Part shown: piece by piece, positions 22,580-24,000 of the stretch | How positions within the stretch are numbered: the first letter of the stretch is position 1 | Layout: each line of letters opens with the position of its first letter | NCBI RefSeq assembly: GCF_041538065.1 | Contig: NZ_JBGORW010000001.1 | Location: 54,790 to 78,789 of the forward strand | Direction of reading: 5' to 3' | From: Leptotrichia hongkongensis | Lineage (GTDB): Bacteria; Fusobacteriota; Fusobacteriia; Fusobacteriales; Leptotrichiaceae | Length of the DNA stretch: 24,000 nucleotides | The notes under the pieces: generated by a model | Databases searched by the model: none | What the model saw: the letters and a program-made list of their open reading frames with translations, nothing else | Told to the model about the DNA's origin: nothing | Made by a program: the position numbers and the translations under genes

Positions 22580-24000
22580 ATGAGAAAGAATATTTTTAAG
22601 ATATTAGTAATGTTAATTTTATTAGGAAATATTGGGTTTGGAGAATATATTAAAAAGAATGGAAGAGTTTATTATAGGCAAGATGAGTTTTACTCTGATT
22701 TAGAAGAAGTGAAAAAAAGTTTTAGAGAAATAGAAAAGGAAGAAAATTTTTATAGAATACTAGATATTCAGTATTTTCCAGCAGATATGGATACTTTTCA
22801 AGATATAAACGGAGAATACGGAAAGGACAAGGATAGGATTTTTTTTGAGAAAAATGAAATACATGAAGCCGATTTAGCAAGTTTTGTGGTTGTCAAAGGA
22901 AATATATCGAAGGATAAAAATTTTGTTTACAATATGGGAGATAGAATTTATCTGAAAGATGAAAATGAGATTGATATTGAAAACGAAAATATGAGAAAAA
23001 GAATAGATCCTGCTACTTTAAAAGTATTTAATTCACCTGACAAAAATAGTGTTCGCTATATTGGAGATAAAAATGGAATTTATTATGTATTGAATGATGC
23101 TCAAAAAATAAAAGGAGCTGACTTTAAAACGTTTGAAGAACTAGGATATTCTTATGCAAAGGATAAAAATAACATCTATTTTGAAAACAGGAAAATTAAG
23201 GGAGCGGATATTTCAAGTTTTGAAGTTCTGGAAACTGGGTATGCAAAAGATAAAAATAGTTTCTATTCAGAAGGGAAAAAAGTAAAGGGTATAAGTAAAA
23301 ACTTATTTAAAGCACCTAGCGAAAATTCAGTTCAAAAAGATAAAACGATTATAGGACTTTTGGAAGTTGATGACAATAATGTTTATAATATTGATGAGCC
23401 TTTAAATATAAGTCCGAAAAATTTTTCCTTAATTGGTGAGAGAAATGATTATGTAAAAAATGATAAAGGAGTATATTTTATAGATATTTACAACGTATCT
23501 AAGCCGACTGTAGTAGAAAAATTACCAGTAAATCCGAATAAGTTTAGAGTTATAAAGAAAAATTACCTAAAAGATGACAAAATTGTTTATTATAATAATA
23601 ATCATGGCAATCTAAAAGTCGAAGGAGCAGATGCGGCAAGTTTTCAGGAATTGACAGAAAATTATGGAAAAGATAAAAATTATATTTATTTTGGCGAACA
23701 GAAAATTGAAAATTCAGATTCAAGTAGTGTAAAAGCAATAACTGATGTTATTTTAAAAGATAAAAAGAATGTTTATTACATTGGACAAAAATTAGAGGGA
23801 ATTAATGATGCAGGGACTTTTGAAGCAATTAGCGATGTAAAAGGACTAAATGGATTTTATGCAAAAGACAAGTATAATATTTATTTTATTTCGGCTTTTG
23901 ATTTTTCTGAAAAAGTGAGAAAATTGGAAGGATTGGATGTTAATAAAATAAAAGTTTTGAATGAGTATTATGTAAAAGATAGCAAAGAAGTTTATTGTCT
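22580..24000 (+). CDS. DKNYY-repeat family protein with an N-terminal signal peptide; the 3' end lies outside the window
   Basis: The frame is open from the ATG at 22580 (an in-frame ATG at 22571 is an alternative; SD AAGAGGAG at 22561-22568) to the window end, which is why it is absent from the ORF track. The translation MRKNIFKILVMLILLGNIGFG... contains many iterations of [GA]-[AS]-D-x(2)-[ST]-F-x(2)-L-x(3)-Y-[AG]-KDKN-x-[IV]-Y-[FY]. Confidence 0.75.
   Translation, partial: MRKNIFKILVMLILLGNIGFGEYIKKNGRVYYRQDEFYSDLEEVKKSFREIEKEENFYRILDIQYFPADMDTFQDINGEYGKDKDRIFFEKNEIHEADLASFVVVKGNISKDKNFVYNMGDRIYLKDENEIDIENENMRKRIDPATLKVFNSPDKNSVRYIGDKNGIYYVLNDAQKIKGADFKTFEELGYSYAKDKNNIYFENRKIKGADISSFEVLETGYAKDKNSFYSEGKKVKGISKNLFKAPSENSVQKDKTIIGLLEVDDNNVYNIDEPLNISPKNFSLIGERNDYVKNDKGVYFIDIYNVSKPTVVEKLPVNPNKFRVIKKNYLKDDKIVYYNNNHGNLKVEGADAASFQELTENYGKDKNYIYFGEQKIENSDSSSVKAITDVILKDKKNVYYIGQKLEGINDAGTFEAISDVKGLNGFYAKDKYNIYFISAFDFSEKVRKLEGLDVNKIKVLNEYYVKDSKEVYC

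Overview
This is an AT-rich bacterial chromosomal segment. By my recognition of the Cas13a-type CRISPR repeat, a DKNYY-repeat protein and the codon usage (no database search was possible), it most resembles Leptotrichia (Fusobacteriota). Reading left to right, it holds: (1) the 3' end of a GH4 6-phospho-alpha-glucosidase gene and a GH13 alpha-glucosidase. (2) A divergently oriented Rep_3-like initiator homologue. (3) A sugar-PTS plus peptidase cluster. It comprises an unknown TIM-barrel-like protein, EIIB, EIIC, a GrdB-N-terminal-like protein, two M42 peptidase paralogues (one with degenerate active-site motifs), a glycosylasparaginase-like Ntn hydrolase and an M20 dipeptidase. (4) A minus-strand block with a DAACS symporter, a RelE/antitoxin pair, a VOC-fold protein and Ogt. 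(5) A multi-pass membrane protein. (6) An AbiD/AbiF-type HEPN protein that sits directly behind its own promoter, a short structured RNA and an intrinsic terminator. (7) rarA and purH. (8) A CRISPR array of 9 repeats and 8 spacers whose repeat matches the type VI-A (Cas13a) consensus, with no cas gene anywhere in the window. (9) A small Excalibur-motif secreted protein, tRNA-Lys(CUU) and the start of a DKNYY-repeat protein. A structured intergenic repeat of about 105 bp occurs at least four times, usually next to terminators. The most interesting candidates are the promoter/small-RNA/terminator/HEPN-Abi module (a possible RNA-antitoxin plus HEPN-toxin system), the cas-less Cas13a-type array with an anti-repeat-like leader, and the PTS-peptidase-glycosylasparaginase cluster (a possible glycopeptide salvage route). 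All functional calls rest on by-eye motif recognition.
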